Source: an uncultured Acidobacteriota bacterium
GTDB taxonomy: Bacteria > Acidobacteriota > UBA6911
Direction: 5' to 3'
Assembly: GCA_963827655.1 (NCBI GenBank)
Contig: CAWHCF010000029.1
Span: 128,001-192,000, forward strand
DNA: 64,000 bases
Positions 18,620-30,082 of this stretch are shown one piece after another. The notes under the pieces are model-generated. The model was not told the DNA's origin and did no database searches. It worked only from the letters and a program-made list of their open reading frames with translations. The position numbers were made by a program, and so were the translations under genes. Every line of letters begins with the position of its first letter. Positions within the stretch are counted from its first letter, which is position 1.

Positions 18620-19528
18620 ATGGGAATTCTAGTCGTTGGATCCGTGGCACTTGATTCAGTCAAGACACCGTTCGGACACAGGGAAGAGGTCCTGGGCGGT
18701 TCTGCGACCTATTTCAGTATCGCGGCCAGCTACTTTACTCAGGTCGCGATTGTGGCTGTCGTGGGTGAGGACTTTCCGGACTCGCATGTCGCGTTCCTGG
18801 AACAAAAGGGGATCGATACCTCCGGACTTCAACGGCAAACGGGCAAGACATTTCGCTGGAAGGGCGAATATGGATTCGACCTTAACACGGCCAAGACTCT
18901 TGATACCCAGCTCAATGTCTTCGCGGAATTTTCGCCGCGGATGCGTCCCGAGCATCGCGGCATCGAGTTCCTGTTTCTTGGCAATATCGATCCCGATCTC
19001 CAGCGCTCCGTGCTCGAGCAGATGAATCGGCCCAAGCTGGTAGCCTGCGATACCATGAACTACTGGATCGATAACAGGTTTGAGCCTCTGAGGAAGACCT
19101 TGTCCCTGGTTGACATCCTCATCATCAACGACGCAGAGACTCGACAACTGGCGCGTGAACCGAATCTCATCAAAGCGGCGCGCAGCATTCTCTCCTGGGG
19201 ACCCAAGACGCTGGTGGTCAAACGAGGAGAGTACGGCGCACTGATGATTGACTCCAAGTCGGTATTTGGCGCTCCGGCGTTTCCGCTCGAAGAGGTCAAC
19301 GATCCCACCGGCGCCGGTGATTCCTTCGCGGGAGGGTTTATGGGCTATCTGGCCGCGTGCGGCAGCCCGGATGACAGTGCTCTTCGCCGTGCTATCGTTT
19401 TCGGATCGGTTATGGCATCTTTTAACGTGAGCGAATTCGGACCCGGGCGCCTCGGAACGCTGACCTATCCCGAAATTGAGGCTCGGTTTCGCGAATTCAG
19501 AAAGCTCACCCATTTCGAGGATTTGTAG
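18620..19528 (+). CDS. PfkB family kinase (nucleoside kinase-like)
   Basis: VVGSVALD, LGGSATY, DPTGAGDSFAGGF; follows mtnP. Confidence 0.92.
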   Translation: MGILVVGSVALDSVKTPFGHREEVLGGSATYFSIAASYFTQVAIVAVVGEDFPDSHVAFLEQKGIDTSGLQRQTGKTFRWKGEYGFDLNTAKTLDTQLNVFAEFSPRMRPEHRGIEFLFLGNIDPDLQRSVLEQMNRPKLVACDTMNYWIDNRFEPLRKTLSLVDILIINDAETRQLAREPNLIKAARSILSWGPKTLVVKRGEYGALMIDSKSVFGAPAFPLEEVNDPTGAGDSFAGGFMGYLAACGSPDDSALRRAIVFGSVMASFNVSEFGPGRLGTLTYPEIEARFREFRKLTHFEDL

Positions 19529-19551
19529 GTCCCACGGAGGACGCAAGTAAC

Positions 19552-21024
19552 GTGATGTCGCGTAGCCGAGCCTTCATTCTGAGATCCTTCCTTCTCCTGG
19601 CAGTGCCGGTTCTGTCGCCGATGCTGCCGGCTCAGGCCAAAAAAACCAGTGCTTCGCAGGATGCCGAGCGATATCGCGAGGCAATGGCCTGGTTCAAGAA
19701 AGGGGAGGCCCTGATCCAAACCGATAAAGAAAACAGCGAAGAGCAGGCCGATTACTTTCGTAAGGCTTTGCAAATCCGACCGCAATTTACCGAAGCGCAT
19801 TACAATCTCGGTCTGATCTACGCTCATCAGAAAAAAATGAAGGAGGCGGCCGAGGAGTTCGAGGCGGTCAGAAAACTGGAACCCAAGTTTGACGGGATCC
19901 ACTTCCTGGTTGCTTCGGCCCACAAGGATGCGGGAAATGCGAACGCGGCCATGTCCGCCCTGGAAGAGGGTCTGCGGGGAAATCCCAAGGATCTTAAAAT
20001 GCTGCGCGCTCTCGCCTACCTTCAGATGAACAGCTCGACCGATTCGGGCGCAGTTTCGACCCTGCAGAGAATCGTCGAGGCCGATTCCTCAGATCTGGAA
20101 GCACGCATGGACCTCGCGCTCCTCTACCAGAAGAACGATCGATTGGACGAGGCCGCGAGTCAATATCAGGCTGCAGCGAGCCTCGACCCCAAAAACTTTG
20201 CCGCTCAGTACAACCTGGCCCTGATCTTCTGGAAGCAGAAAAAAACCAGCGAGGCAGTCGCCGCTCTTGAGGCTTGCAATCTGATTTCTCCCGGCAACGC
20301 CGAGGTCCTGGAGCGGCTGGGGGACATCTATGCCTCTCAAAACCAGGACGACAAAGCGGCACAGGCGTACCGGACGGCGCTGGAGAAAGTTTCCGACCGT
20401 GAATCGTTGCATTCCAAACTGGGATTCACTTTGGCCAGGCTCGGTCGCGCCGGTGAGGCCGTCACGGCGCTCGAGCGGGCCATTCAGCTCGACTCTAAAA
20501 ATCCTCACACTTTTTACCTTCTCGGTGACCTGTACTCCGAGTTGAAGAGGTTCGAGGACAGCGCCTCCGCCTACAAGCGCTCGCTGGAACTTGCCCCGGA
20601 CCAGAAGGAAGTTCACTACAACCTCGGCACGCTTTACGCCCAACAGCAACAATTTGAGCTCGCCGCCGCAGAGTTGAGCGCTGCAGTCAAACTGGATCCG
20701 GCATACGCGGCCGCCTGGTCAAACCTCGCGGTGGTTAGAGAGAAACTGTCACAGGAAGATGAAGCCGTTCTGGCATATGAGAAGACGATCGCCCTCGGTC
20801 AGGCGCGCGCGCCGAGTTACTTTCGCCTCGGCGTTCTATATGCCAAGAGAAACCAGCCGGAGGAGGCCATATCCAATCTCGCTAAAGCGATCGAAATGGA
20901 ACCGGAGAAGTATCGCCAGATTCTGCGTGAAGAATTAAAGAACGTTCATTCTGTCCTCGACAGCATTCGTTACAAGGATGGTTTCGCCAAACTTCTCTCG
21001 CCTCCTTCGAGCCAGACTCCCTGA
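19552..21024 (+). CDS. Exported tetratricopeptide repeat protein
   Basis: Signal peptide followed by about a dozen TPR-like units (AHYNLGLIY, VHYNLGTLY, AWSNLA). Confidence 0.9.
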   Translation: MMSRSRAFILRSFLLLAVPVLSPMLPAQAKKTSASQDAERYREAMAWFKKGEALIQTDKENSEEQADYFRKALQIRPQFTEAHYNLGLIYAHQKKMKEAAEEFEAVRKLEPKFDGIHFLVASAHKDAGNANAAMSALEEGLRGNPKDLKMLRALAYLQMNSSTDSGAVSTLQRIVEADSSDLEARMDLALLYQKNDRLDEAASQYQAAASLDPKNFAAQYNLALIFWKQKKTSEAVAALEACNLISPGNAEVLERLGDIYASQNQDDKAAQAYRTALEKVSDRESLHSKLGFTLARLGRAGEAVTALERAIQLDSKNPHTFYLLGDLYSELKRFEDSASAYKRSLELAPDQKEVHYNLGTLYAQQQQFELAAAELSAAVKLDPAYAAAWSNLAVVREKLSQEDEAVLAYEKTIALGQARAPSYFRLGVLYAKRNQPEEAISNLAKAIEMEPEKYRQILREELKNVHSVLDSIRYKDGFAKLLSPPSSQTP

Positions 21025-21151
21025 CAACTGGTAAAGCCGTCAACCATGAAGACAAAAAGATGCAAAGACTCGCCCAGTGCTTCGCGTTTACCCGGCGCAC
21101 AAGCTTTAGCTAACGTAATCGGCGGGCGTGAGTTGCATTGGGGTAATAGTC

Positions 21152-21181
21152 TTGTTTCCGGAGCAGGCTCTGGCGTATAAT
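21152..21181 (+). promoter_or_regulatory. sigma70-type promoter
   Basis: TTGTTT-N18-TATAAT. Confidence 0.5.
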
Positions 21182-21214
21182 CACCGGCTTAAATACTCGC
21201 GAATTGAGCTGGAT

Positions 21215-21247
21215 ACCCGCGAAGTGATGCATGTTCGCGGGTTTTTT
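21215..21247 (+). terminator. Intrinsic terminator
   Basis: ACCCGCGAA-10 nt loop-TTCGCGGGT followed by a T run. Confidence 0.75.
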
Positions 21248-21500
21248 ATATTCAGGCCTGAGTTCGCCGGAGTCGAAGATTCCTGGAGTTTCTTCGTGTC
21301 TTTGTGTCCAGGATGATATTTGTCTTCCGGCCAGACAAACAGAGACGAAGACCCTGCACGGATTACACGTTCAGGATTGGTCTGTGACGTTCGTGAATCG
21401 GACGGTTATTTGTTAGCGACAGAGGGTCGCGTTGTGAACGTTTCACGAAGAGCCGGGGAAACACGAGGAACAGCGTGGGGTGCGGCTTCAGGCCGCGTGA

Positions 21501-22464
<964 letters not shown>

Positions 22465-22521
22465 GAGGCCCCTCGCGCCTCCGTGGTTCGGCGTCGACAA
22501 GAACGAACTGCCAAGACACAA

Positions 22522-23526
22522 TCATTCTGCCTTTCGACTTCGTGCTTCCGCAATAAACCTGCTCAGCTCGTCACCCGAGAGGCTGTAGAGATCCGGAAAC
22601 CCTTCAGGGAGGTTCTTCCAGCGTTTGTGACCCCACAACCAGGTCTCGGGTTGCTCGCGAACAATTCGTTCGATCACCTGGTTGAAGAGACGGGTGTTCG
22701 ACTCCAGGTCACGACTCATATCGCCGGAACGAGACAACTCGAGTGGTGGCAGAAATTTTATGGTATAGCGTCCGTCTCGAAAGGGAGTGAGATACCCGGG
22801 GAGGACCGGAGCATCGGTCCGGAGAGCAAAGAGGGCTAAACTTGTAGTTGTGGCTGCAGGAATTCCAAAAAGGTCGCAGAAGATACCGTCCTGTGGCATC
22901 GTGTTCTGATCGATCAGTATTCCGACACTCTCGCCTTTCTTGAGTTTCTCGAGAATGGGACGGGCGGAATTCCGTTTGGAAATGACTGTATTTCCCGAGG
23001 CCTGCCGCACCGCAGAAACAAATCGCTCCAGATGGCCGTTGTCCAGCGGGCGGGTGATGAAATTGAGAGGATATCCGTACAGCGCATGCGCCGTGGGAAG
23101 CAGCTCCCAGGCGCTGAAATGTCCGGTCAGATAGAGAATTCCCTTGTTCCTGGCCTGTGCTGTCCGGAGATTGTTCAACCCGAATTGCGAATCGTACTGC
23201 ACAAGCCCGGAGATATTCTCGCGCGAAAGCAGCAGCAAACGACTCACTTCGAGCAGGTTTCTTGCGGTATTCTGAAAACTGCGCCGCGCGATTCGACGCT
23301 GCTCCCGAACCGAGAGTTCGGGAAATACGATGTTCAAGTTGACCGAGGCGACATGGCGGTGCTTCCAATCAAAGTAAAAAACAAGCAAAGCAAGCAGGTC
23401 GACGATAGCGGTCGCCCATTTCCTGGGCAGAATCCGAAACAGTCCCAGAAAGGCACGGCACAAGAGATACACAAGATAGGATTGCAATTTGTTGGTTACC
23501 TGACGGAATGCTATACTTTCAGCCAA
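22522..23526 (-). CDS. Lipid A biosynthesis acyltransferase (LpxL/HtrB family)
   Basis: LTGHFSAWEL, ILIDQN, PETWLWGHKRWK; start uncertain. Confidence 0.9.
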   Translation of the reverse strand: MAESIAFRQVTNKLQSYLVYLLCRAFLGLFRILPRKWATAIVDLLALLVFYFDWKHRHVASVNLNIVFPELSVREQRRIARRSFQNTARNLLEVSRLLLLSRENISGLVQYDSQFGLNNLRTAQARNKGILYLTGHFSAWELLPTAHALYGYPLNFITRPLDNGHLERFVSAVRQASGNTVISKRNSARPILEKLKKGESVGILIDQNTMPQDGIFCDLFGIPAATTTSLALFALRTDAPVLPGYLTPFRDGRYTIKFLPPLELSRSGDMSRDLESNTRLFNQVIERIVREQPETWLWGHKRWKNLPEGFPDLYSLSGDELSRFIAEARSRKAE

Positions 23527-23573
23527 GAAAAGGACGACCTGCCCGGTAACTCAGGTTGCTTCCGGGTATGCCT

Positions 23574-24230
23574 ATGACCGAAAGGACACGCTTCTTCCAT
23601 TCGAGCTGGATTGCCGCATGCGCGATACTGCTGTCGGCGCTGTTCGCGCTGGCAGGTTATAAAACACGGCCCTGGAGTATCCGTCCGGCGGAAAGCTACG
23701 CTGCCAGGCTGACGAGTGAAGGAGTGACAATCGCCGTTGAACCGATGTTTCAGGACGCGCTTGCCGCGCAGTTCTTCGATAAGAACGACATAGTAACTCG
23801 CGGCATTATGCCCGTCGCAGTTGCCATTTACAATCAGAATGACTTTCCCGTCATGGTGCAGGGAACCTCGGTAGAGTTGATCTGCGGGGAAGATCGCGTT
23901 CGAACCCTGTTCCCCAACGAGGTTGTCCCCCGGCTCTTCGCCAAGGGAAAGAACGTCTGGCTCCCGCAGCCCATCCCTCGTACTTCGAACGACCAATCCA
24001 ATCGCGAGGCGATCGAGGACTTCGATCACAAGTTTCTCAACCGGAAAGTTGTTCCAGCCCGCGAAAAAGGAGGTGGCTTCCTTTACCTGCGGATCTCGGA
24101 AATCAAGGATATTCGGGGATACCTGGAAAAAGCCCGCCTGTATATCCCCGAGGTCTATCGATACGATACGGGCAAGAGCATGATCTTTTTTGAGATCGAC
24201 CTTCACGCCGCCGTAGCCGCAAAAAACTAA
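23574..24230 (+). CDS. Hypothetical exported protein
   Basis: Signal peptide-like N-terminus, beta-rich body; TGcTATACT extended -10 at 23509-23517. Confidence 0.7.
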   Translation: MTERTRFFHSSWIAACAILLSALFALAGYKTRPWSIRPAESYAARLTSEGVTIAVEPMFQDALAAQFFDKNDIVTRGIMPVAVAIYNQNDFPVMVQGTSVELICGEDRVRTLFPNEVVPRLFAKGKNVWLPQPIPRTSNDQSNREAIEDFDHKFLNRKVVPAREKGGGFLYLRISEIKDIRGYLEKARLYIPEVYRYDTGKSMIFFEIDLHAAVAAKN

Positions 24231-24627
24231 GATGTCTCGCGTTCAGGCCTCGAAGAAGTTTGTATTTCCTCTCGAATCTTCCATGGTCTTCCGGCCGTCT
24301 CAGAATTTCCCGGCCGCTGACAGGACGATTCGGCACGTGGCAACTGGCGTAAACGTTTCCTGGCTGGTAGCGATAGGGGGAGCAGGCACCATCGCCCCCG
24401 GCGAGTGACGAGTGACGAGGCGACAAGATCCAGGTCGTCTTCTGGTTACTCGTGAAGAGTCGAATATCAGGGGGACGAGATCCCCCTTTCGGATTTAGTG
24501 ATGCAGCCCAGATTACCACTCGCGCGAATCAACGCTGGGCAAGGATGTCTCGCCAGGAATGGACTCGACCTGAACGTCCTCCGGCAAGCATCGTTGGAGT
24601 CTCGATAGGAGAGCGACGGTTAGATTC

Positions 24628-25197
24628 ATGAAGCCCAAATGGAAAAGAGTCTTCATTTTTTCTTCCCTCGGCAGTCTTGCGGTGGGAACTACACTCTCCC
24701 TGGTTCGTAGATCCAGAAAGCCGAAGCTTCCACCACTGGCCTACAAGAAGATACCGGCGGAGTGCCAGAGGATTTCCCTCTGGACCGAACGGTTCCGAAC
24801 CGAAAAAGACGGCGTGGAGCGTCCTGCTTACGACAAATACCTTCTGCAGGCCACTCGATTCAAGCTATGGAATATCCTCGACCTGGCGCGTGATGAGCTG
24901 AACGAAGAAGGAGTCCCTATCTACCACGTTACTGTGACCCGCTATATCGAGTTCGGCGAAGTAAAAGAGGAGCGGGAAGAGGCTGAACCGGCGCAAAAAT
25001 TCTACGGCACCATTGCGGTGATCAATTCATCCGGGAAATCGCCCGGCCCGAATTACCTTGCTCGCGGCGGCATTCTCGAGATCCGGAAGTGCAGCGTGGG
25101 CGGGGCCACCAACGGCGTCGAAACCGGGGAGACTCATCGCTCTGAAGGGCGGGTGCTCAACTACCGATTGGAGTACACTCCGAAACACCGGTCGTAG
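24628..25197 (+). CDS. Hypothetical protein with N-terminal membrane anchor
   Basis: 189-aa ORF, AGGAGAG upstream, fills the gap; no family recognised. Confidence 0.6.
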   Translation: MKPKWKRVFIFSSLGSLAVGTTLSLVRRSRKPKLPPLAYKKIPAECQRISLWTERFRTEKDGVERPAYDKYLLQATRFKLWNILDLARDELNEEGVPIYHVTVTRYIEFGEVKEEREEAEPAQKFYGTIAVINSSGKSPGPNYLARGGILEIRKCSVGGATNGVETGETHRSEGRVLNYRLEYTPKHRS

Positions 25198-25225
25198 CGT
25201 AGCTGCGTTCCTCGTGGATGATTGC

Positions 25226-26218
25226 TCACGAAATGGCGGCTCCTTTTACCAGCTGCCCGAAGTGAAACTCGAGTCTGTCTTCCCCGGCTTCGATGTGGAC
25301 TACTTGATTCGGTTCCAGGTCGCTCTCTGCAATCAAAGAGGCCAGGGGAAATTCCAGGTATTCTCGAACGGCCCGGCGCAGAGGCCGCGCACCGTAGCGA
25401 AGATTGGTTCCTTTCTCGATCAGGAATCTCTTGGAGGCATCGGAAATCGCGGTTCCGACTCCAGCCATGGCGAGCCGCGCGCGGCTATCAAGAAGAAATT
25501 TTTCCAGGATCGCCAGGAGATGATCGTCTTTCAGGCGATTGAAGGTGATGATCTCGTCAATCCGGTTGATGAATTCCGGGCTGAAAAAATCTTCCACCGC
25601 TCCAATACAGACAGCCTGGATCTTGGAGTCCGCGGAATCCTGGTCCAGCTCCTCAAATCTTTGAGCCGGCGGCCCGAAGCCGATCACCGCGTTCTTGGTG
25701 ATATTGTCCACTTCCTTGGCGCAGACGTTGCTCGTCATCATGATGAAGCAGTTTCTGAAATTGAGATCAACGCCACGCCCGGTTTTTAGTTCTCCCCGCT
25801 CAAGGACCTGCAGCAAGAGGTCGTAGAGCGCTCGATCGGCCTTCTCCAGCTCCTCGAACAGGACGATGGTATTCTTCTTCTCGATCTTCTCCGGTGTTAG
25901 AAAAGGCGGCTGTTCGTGACCCACGTATCCGGGCGGCGCTCCTACCAGTTTGGCGACGTCGTGAGGATTCTTGAACTCCGTGCAGTTCACCGAGACAACC
26001 TCGCTTTCCTCTCCATGGAGGATCTTTGCCAGCGACCTTCCGATCTGGCTCTTACCTGTTCCGGTCGGGCCAAGAAACAAGAAGGTTCCCAGAGGGCGGT
26101 TCGGGTCGCAAATCCCCAGGTTGGCAACCACGACAGCTCGAACGACAGCTTCGATCGCGCGGTCCTGTCCGATGATCTCCTTCTTTAACTGGTCGGTCAA
26201 TTCCTGAGCCTTGAGCAC
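25226..26218 (-). CDS. Stand-alone Clp/Hsp100 NBD2-type AAA+ ATPase
   Basis: IIGQDRAI, FLGPTGTGKS, GAPPGYVG, LFEELEKA, VIGF, PEFINRID, YGARPLRRA; AAGGAG RBS before GTG. Confidence 0.9.
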   Translation of the reverse strand: MLKAQELTDQLKKEIIGQDRAIEAVVRAVVVANLGICDPNRPLGTFLFLGPTGTGKSQIGRSLAKILHGEESEVVSVNCTEFKNPHDVAKLVGAPPGYVGHEQPPFLTPEKIEKKNTIVLFEELEKADRALYDLLLQVLERGELKTGRGVDLNFRNCFIMMTSNVCAKEVDNITKNAVIGFGPPAQRFEELDQDSADSKIQAVCIGAVEDFFSPEFINRIDEIITFNRLKDDHLLAILEKFLLDSRARLAMAGVGTAISDASKRFLIEKGTNLRYGARPLRRAVREYLEFPLASLIAESDLEPNQVVHIEAGEDRLEFHFGQLVKGAAIS

Positions 26219-26500
26219 AGGGTTCTCCTTTCTAGTCCTTCCACGTCCGCCTTAGTGAATCCGCAGCGGAACGATAGCCTTCCAGTCGCCCGTCGGGTGC
26301 CTTGGGCACGGACATCCAGAGAGTTGTCATGACGGATATAGAGTGCGGATCCATAGGAAAAGTTTCGGAAGGCACCGGCACTCTCGCGGGTTGCCCCTTC
26401 AGTCCATACCATAGTCCACATGTTATGCCCGCCGAAAGCTTTCTCTCAAGGTCAGACTGTAATTTTACGGATCGACGCGCTACAATTCCACCTTCTGGAG

Positions 26501-27760
26501 ATGGACGAAAAGACGCTGACTACCCTGCCTGGCACCCGTGACATTCTGCCTGATGAGATACTCCGCTGGCATCTGATCGAAGATCAAGCCCGTCGCATTT
26601 TTGCTCTCTATGGCTTTGAAGAGATTCGAACTCCCCTGTTTGAAGCCACCGAACTGTTCGCCCGTGGAATCGGCGGCGAAACAGACATTGTTCAGAAAGA
26701 GATGTACACCTTTGAGGACCAGAGTGGAAGATCGATAACGCTCAGGCCCGAAGCGACCGCATCGGTGGTGCGGGCCTACAACGAGCACCACATGGGCCGG
26801 GGGAGCGGGTTAACCAAACTGTACTACCTCGGTCCGATGTTCCGGTACGAAAAGAAGCAGAAAGGTCGCTGGCGGCAATTCTATCAAATCGGCTCGGAAG
26901 TGCTCGGCTCCGATCATCCCGCTATCGAAGCGGAGGTGATCGAGATGATCCTGGCTCTGCTGGAACCGCTGGGAATTGAATCTCGCCTCCAGATCAATTC
27001 CGTGGGCTGCGGCGCCTGCCGGCCGCGATACGTCGAGGTGCTCCGCGAAGCTCTGGTCAAGGACCTGGCGCCCTTCTGTGAAGATTGCCGGCGCCGCGCC
27101 GAAACCAATACCCTCCGTGTGCTGGATTGCAAGGTTGAAAGCTGTCAACCTTATATTGATCGGCTGCCAAAGATAACCGACTACCTGTGCGAGCAATGCT
27201 CGGAGCATTTTGCGAGATTCAAAGGATATCTTGATGAAGCGCGGATCGCGTACGAAGTCGCGCCGCGGCTGGTCCGCGGGCTCGATTACTATGTACGAAC
27301 AGCCTTTGAGATTATCAGCGGCGATCTGGGCGCCCAAAATGCCATCGTGGGCGGCGGAAGGTACGATGGTCTGTCGGAAATCTTGGGAGGACCGCCGGTC
27401 CATGGGTTTGGCTTCGCTCTGGGGTTGGACCGCTTGGTCATGATCATGCCTGACGGCATGATTCGGAATTCGGCTTCAAAACCGGATCTGTTTCTTGCCC
27501 CACTGGGGGAAGCTGCCCTCAGAAGAGCCTCGGCGCTGGCGCGTGCCCTGCGTCAGGAGGGCGTGCGCTGCCAGCTTGAGTTTGACGGGGGTAGTCTCCG
27601 CAGCCAGATGCGTCTAGCCAACAAGCTGGGTGCGCGTCACGTTTTGATCGTTGGAGACACAGAGCTGACCAGCGACAGATACACGATCAAGAGCATGGAA
27701 GATTCCCGGCAGTGGGATGCATCCCTACCCGAGTTAGTCCAGTATTTTAAGAGCCTATGA
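26501..27760 (+). CDS. hisS: Histidine--tRNA ligase
   Basis: KEMYTF, LRPEATAS, RLVRGLDYY, GGGRYDGL. Confidence 0.98.
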   Translation: MDEKTLTTLPGTRDILPDEILRWHLIEDQARRIFALYGFEEIRTPLFEATELFARGIGGETDIVQKEMYTFEDQSGRSITLRPEATASVVRAYNEHHMGRGSGLTKLYYLGPMFRYEKKQKGRWRQFYQIGSEVLGSDHPAIEAEVIEMILALLEPLGIESRLQINSVGCGACRPRYVEVLREALVKDLAPFCEDCRRRAETNTLRVLDCKVESCQPYIDRLPKITDYLCEQCSEHFARFKGYLDEARIAYEVAPRLVRGLDYYVRTAFEIISGDLGAQNAIVGGGRYDGLSEILGGPPVHGFGFALGLDRLVMIMPDGMIRNSASKPDLFLAPLGEAALRRASALARALRQEGVRCQLEFDGGSLRSQMRLANKLGARHVLIVGDTELTSDRYTIKSMEDSRQWDASLPELVQYFKSL

Positions 27761-27859
27761 GTCACGGCCCGTGGTGGGTTGGCTTTTGTTCTCGCAGCGC
27801 TCGCCGCCAGGACGCGAAGACACTTCCGCGCGAGCCCTTAGATTGCGGGCAATCAGCCT

Positions 27860-29713
27860 ATGAATAAGATCCGGGTCCTTCCGGAGATTCTCGCGAACAA
27901 GATTGCGGCCGGTGAAATCGTGGAGCGCCCGGCCTCCGTCGTCAAGGAGCTGGTCGAGAACTCCATCGACGCCGGGGCACACTCGATCTCCGTGTCCCTG
28001 CAGAGTGGAGGCAAGCGATTGATTCTTGTTAGAGACGATGGCGAGGGGATGGTGCAGGATGACGCCATTCTCGCATTTGAACACCACGCGACGAGCAAGA
28101 TCCAGACCGTTGACGATCTGACAACAATCACTACCCTGGGATTTCGCGGCGAAGCCCTCCCCTCAATCGCGTCTATCTCGCGTCTTAGTTTGAAGACCCG
28201 GCACCTTTCGGATACCGCGGCGGCCGGCACGGCGGTTGAGGTCCAGGGTGGTACCATGAAATCCGTGAAGGCGGTTTCGTGGGACAAAGGAACCGAAGTG
28301 ACGGCGCGGGATCTGTTTTTCAACGTGCCCGCGCGGAGGAAGTTTCTTCGGTCCCACGAGACCGAGCTCGGGCACATCACGAGGCTGGTGACACACTATG
28401 CTCTGGCACACCCCGCGATCCGCTTCAGCCTCGAAAGCGAAGGAAGAGTGCTCTTCGACGTGACTCCTGTGGCGACGGTGCGGGACCGGATTTACCAGCT
28501 TTTCGGCGAGGATTACCTGGAAAATCTGGTCGAGCTCTCGGGCCGGTCCGGGTCGGTCGAAGTGCGGGGCTTCAGCTCGCGACCGCATGAGCAGAGAACG
28601 AACCCCTATTCACAATTCTTCTACGTGAATCGTCGCATGGTTCGGGATAAGGTCATCACCAGCGCCGTGCGCCAGGCGTATCGGAATGCAATGCCGGCTT
28701 CAGCCTACCCGGTGGTTATTGTTTTCGTGGAGCTCCCGTGTGAGGAGGTTGACGTCAATGCGCATCCGGCCAAGATTGAGATTCGCTTCAGGCAACAAGG
28801 CCTGGTACACGACCTGATCCGCGATTCTATTCAGCGCGCCCTGGTGGAAAGCAAGTCGATCCCGATTTACGAGCATCGGGGTGACGTCTGGCATGGTTCC
28901 GAGAATGTTTCAAATTCCTACGGACCAGGCTTTCCGGCTGCAACGGGCGCCCATGACAGTGTATTTGACTTTACCCCGTCCAGCGCCGCCGCCGATCCAT
29001 TTCAACGCGCCTTGAATTACCCGTTTCGGGAGATTTCATCGCCTGTGGCTGCCGCGTCCGACCACGGCGCCCTCAGAGTTCGCGGCGATATGCTGCTGGG
29101 AGCTCCCAACGATGCCGTGCGAAGCCCGTTTCACATCTCGGGAGTTCGCATTCTGGGTCAGATCCACGACAGCTACATCATTGCGAGTGATAACTACGGG
29201 CTGCTGATCATCGATCAGCACGTCGCGCACGAGCGGGTTCTGTACGAGAAGCTGGCCCGGGCCATGCGTGAAAAGAGAGTTGAAACGCAGGGGCTGTTAG
29301 TGCCGCAGTCGCTCGAATTGGCTCCCCACCAATTGGTGGCGCTGAACCGGCTGATGCCGGAGCTGAACAAGAACGGCTTTGACGTGGAGCGGTTTGGCGG
29401 GAACTCGGTTCTGATTCGATCGGTCCCGGCCGTGGCCAAGGATCAGGATTGCCGGAAACTCCTGAGCGAAATTCTGGAGGGATTGGACGCGGAAGAGAGA
29501 ACGCTCGATGTGGAAAGGATCCAGGACCGGATGGCTGTGAGCATGGCCTGCCGATCCGCCATCAAGGTTCACATGCCGTTGACGCTTGAGAAAATGGAAT
29601 GGCTCCTGGACGAGTTGAACAAAACCAGAATCCCGACGAACTGTCCGCACGGCCGGCCCATCATTCTTCGTTTCAGCATGTACGAAATCGAAAGAAATTT
29701 CGGCAGAATCTGA
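27860..29713 (+). CDS. mutL: DNA mismatch repair protein MutL
   Basis: IAAGEIVERPASVVKEL, GFRGEAL, DQHVAHER, CPHGRP. Confidence 0.98.
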   Translation: MNKIRVLPEILANKIAAGEIVERPASVVKELVENSIDAGAHSISVSLQSGGKRLILVRDDGEGMVQDDAILAFEHHATSKIQTVDDLTTITTLGFRGEALPSIASISRLSLKTRHLSDTAAAGTAVEVQGGTMKSVKAVSWDKGTEVTARDLFFNVPARRKFLRSHETELGHITRLVTHYALAHPAIRFSLESEGRVLFDVTPVATVRDRIYQLFGEDYLENLVELSGRSGSVEVRGFSSRPHEQRTNPYSQFFYVNRRMVRDKVITSAVRQAYRNAMPASAYPVVIVFVELPCEEVDVNAHPAKIEIRFRQQGLVHDLIRDSIQRALVESKSIPIYEHRGDVWHGSENVSNSYGPGFPAATGAHDSVFDFTPSSAAADPFQRALNYPFREISSPVAAASDHGALRVRGDMLLGAPNDAVRSPFHISGVRILGQIHDSYIIASDNYGLLIIDQHVAHERVLYEKLARAMREKRVETQGLLVPQSLELAPHQLVALNRLMPELNKNGFDVERFGGNSVLIRSVPAVAKDQDCRKLLSEILEGLDAEERTLDVERIQDRMAVSMACRSAIKVHMPLTLEKMEWLLDELNKTRIPTNCPHGRPIILRFSMYEIERNFGRI

Positions 29714-30082
29714 AGACGCGCCGTTGAAAGGCGGCTCTTGAAGTACGGTTAACGTTAGGGTCCGGGCTGCCGAAGCAACCTTTGTCAAACTAAGGCGGTA
29801 GCAAGCTACCGAACTGCAGGGTCCTTCGTGCCGGGCATTCAGCCTTGGTTGACGCAGCGGGTTTGCTGTAAGGTCCAAACTGCCAGGCTTGCTTCACCAG
29901 ACTGCACGACGCCGAGTCCGAAGTCCGACGGACCGGCATTCTGACGTGGCGCCCTTCGCCACTCACGGTTGTGAACCCAAATTGTCGAAAACAACCGGCA
30001 GTCGGACTTGATTCGTCATCCACCGAGGCTACGAAGAACGACTTGGAAGCGGCGCGGTCCGGTTTCAGGTGCGCCCTAAGGC

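Noticed and set aside
29714-30082. 370-bp gap between convergent mutL and accA as an ncRNA or gene (ORF 29790..30341)
   Set aside because: No tRNA, tmRNA, 6S, SRP or RNase P hallmarks recognised. Only a REP-like hairpin is present and the ORF overlaps accA out of frame.
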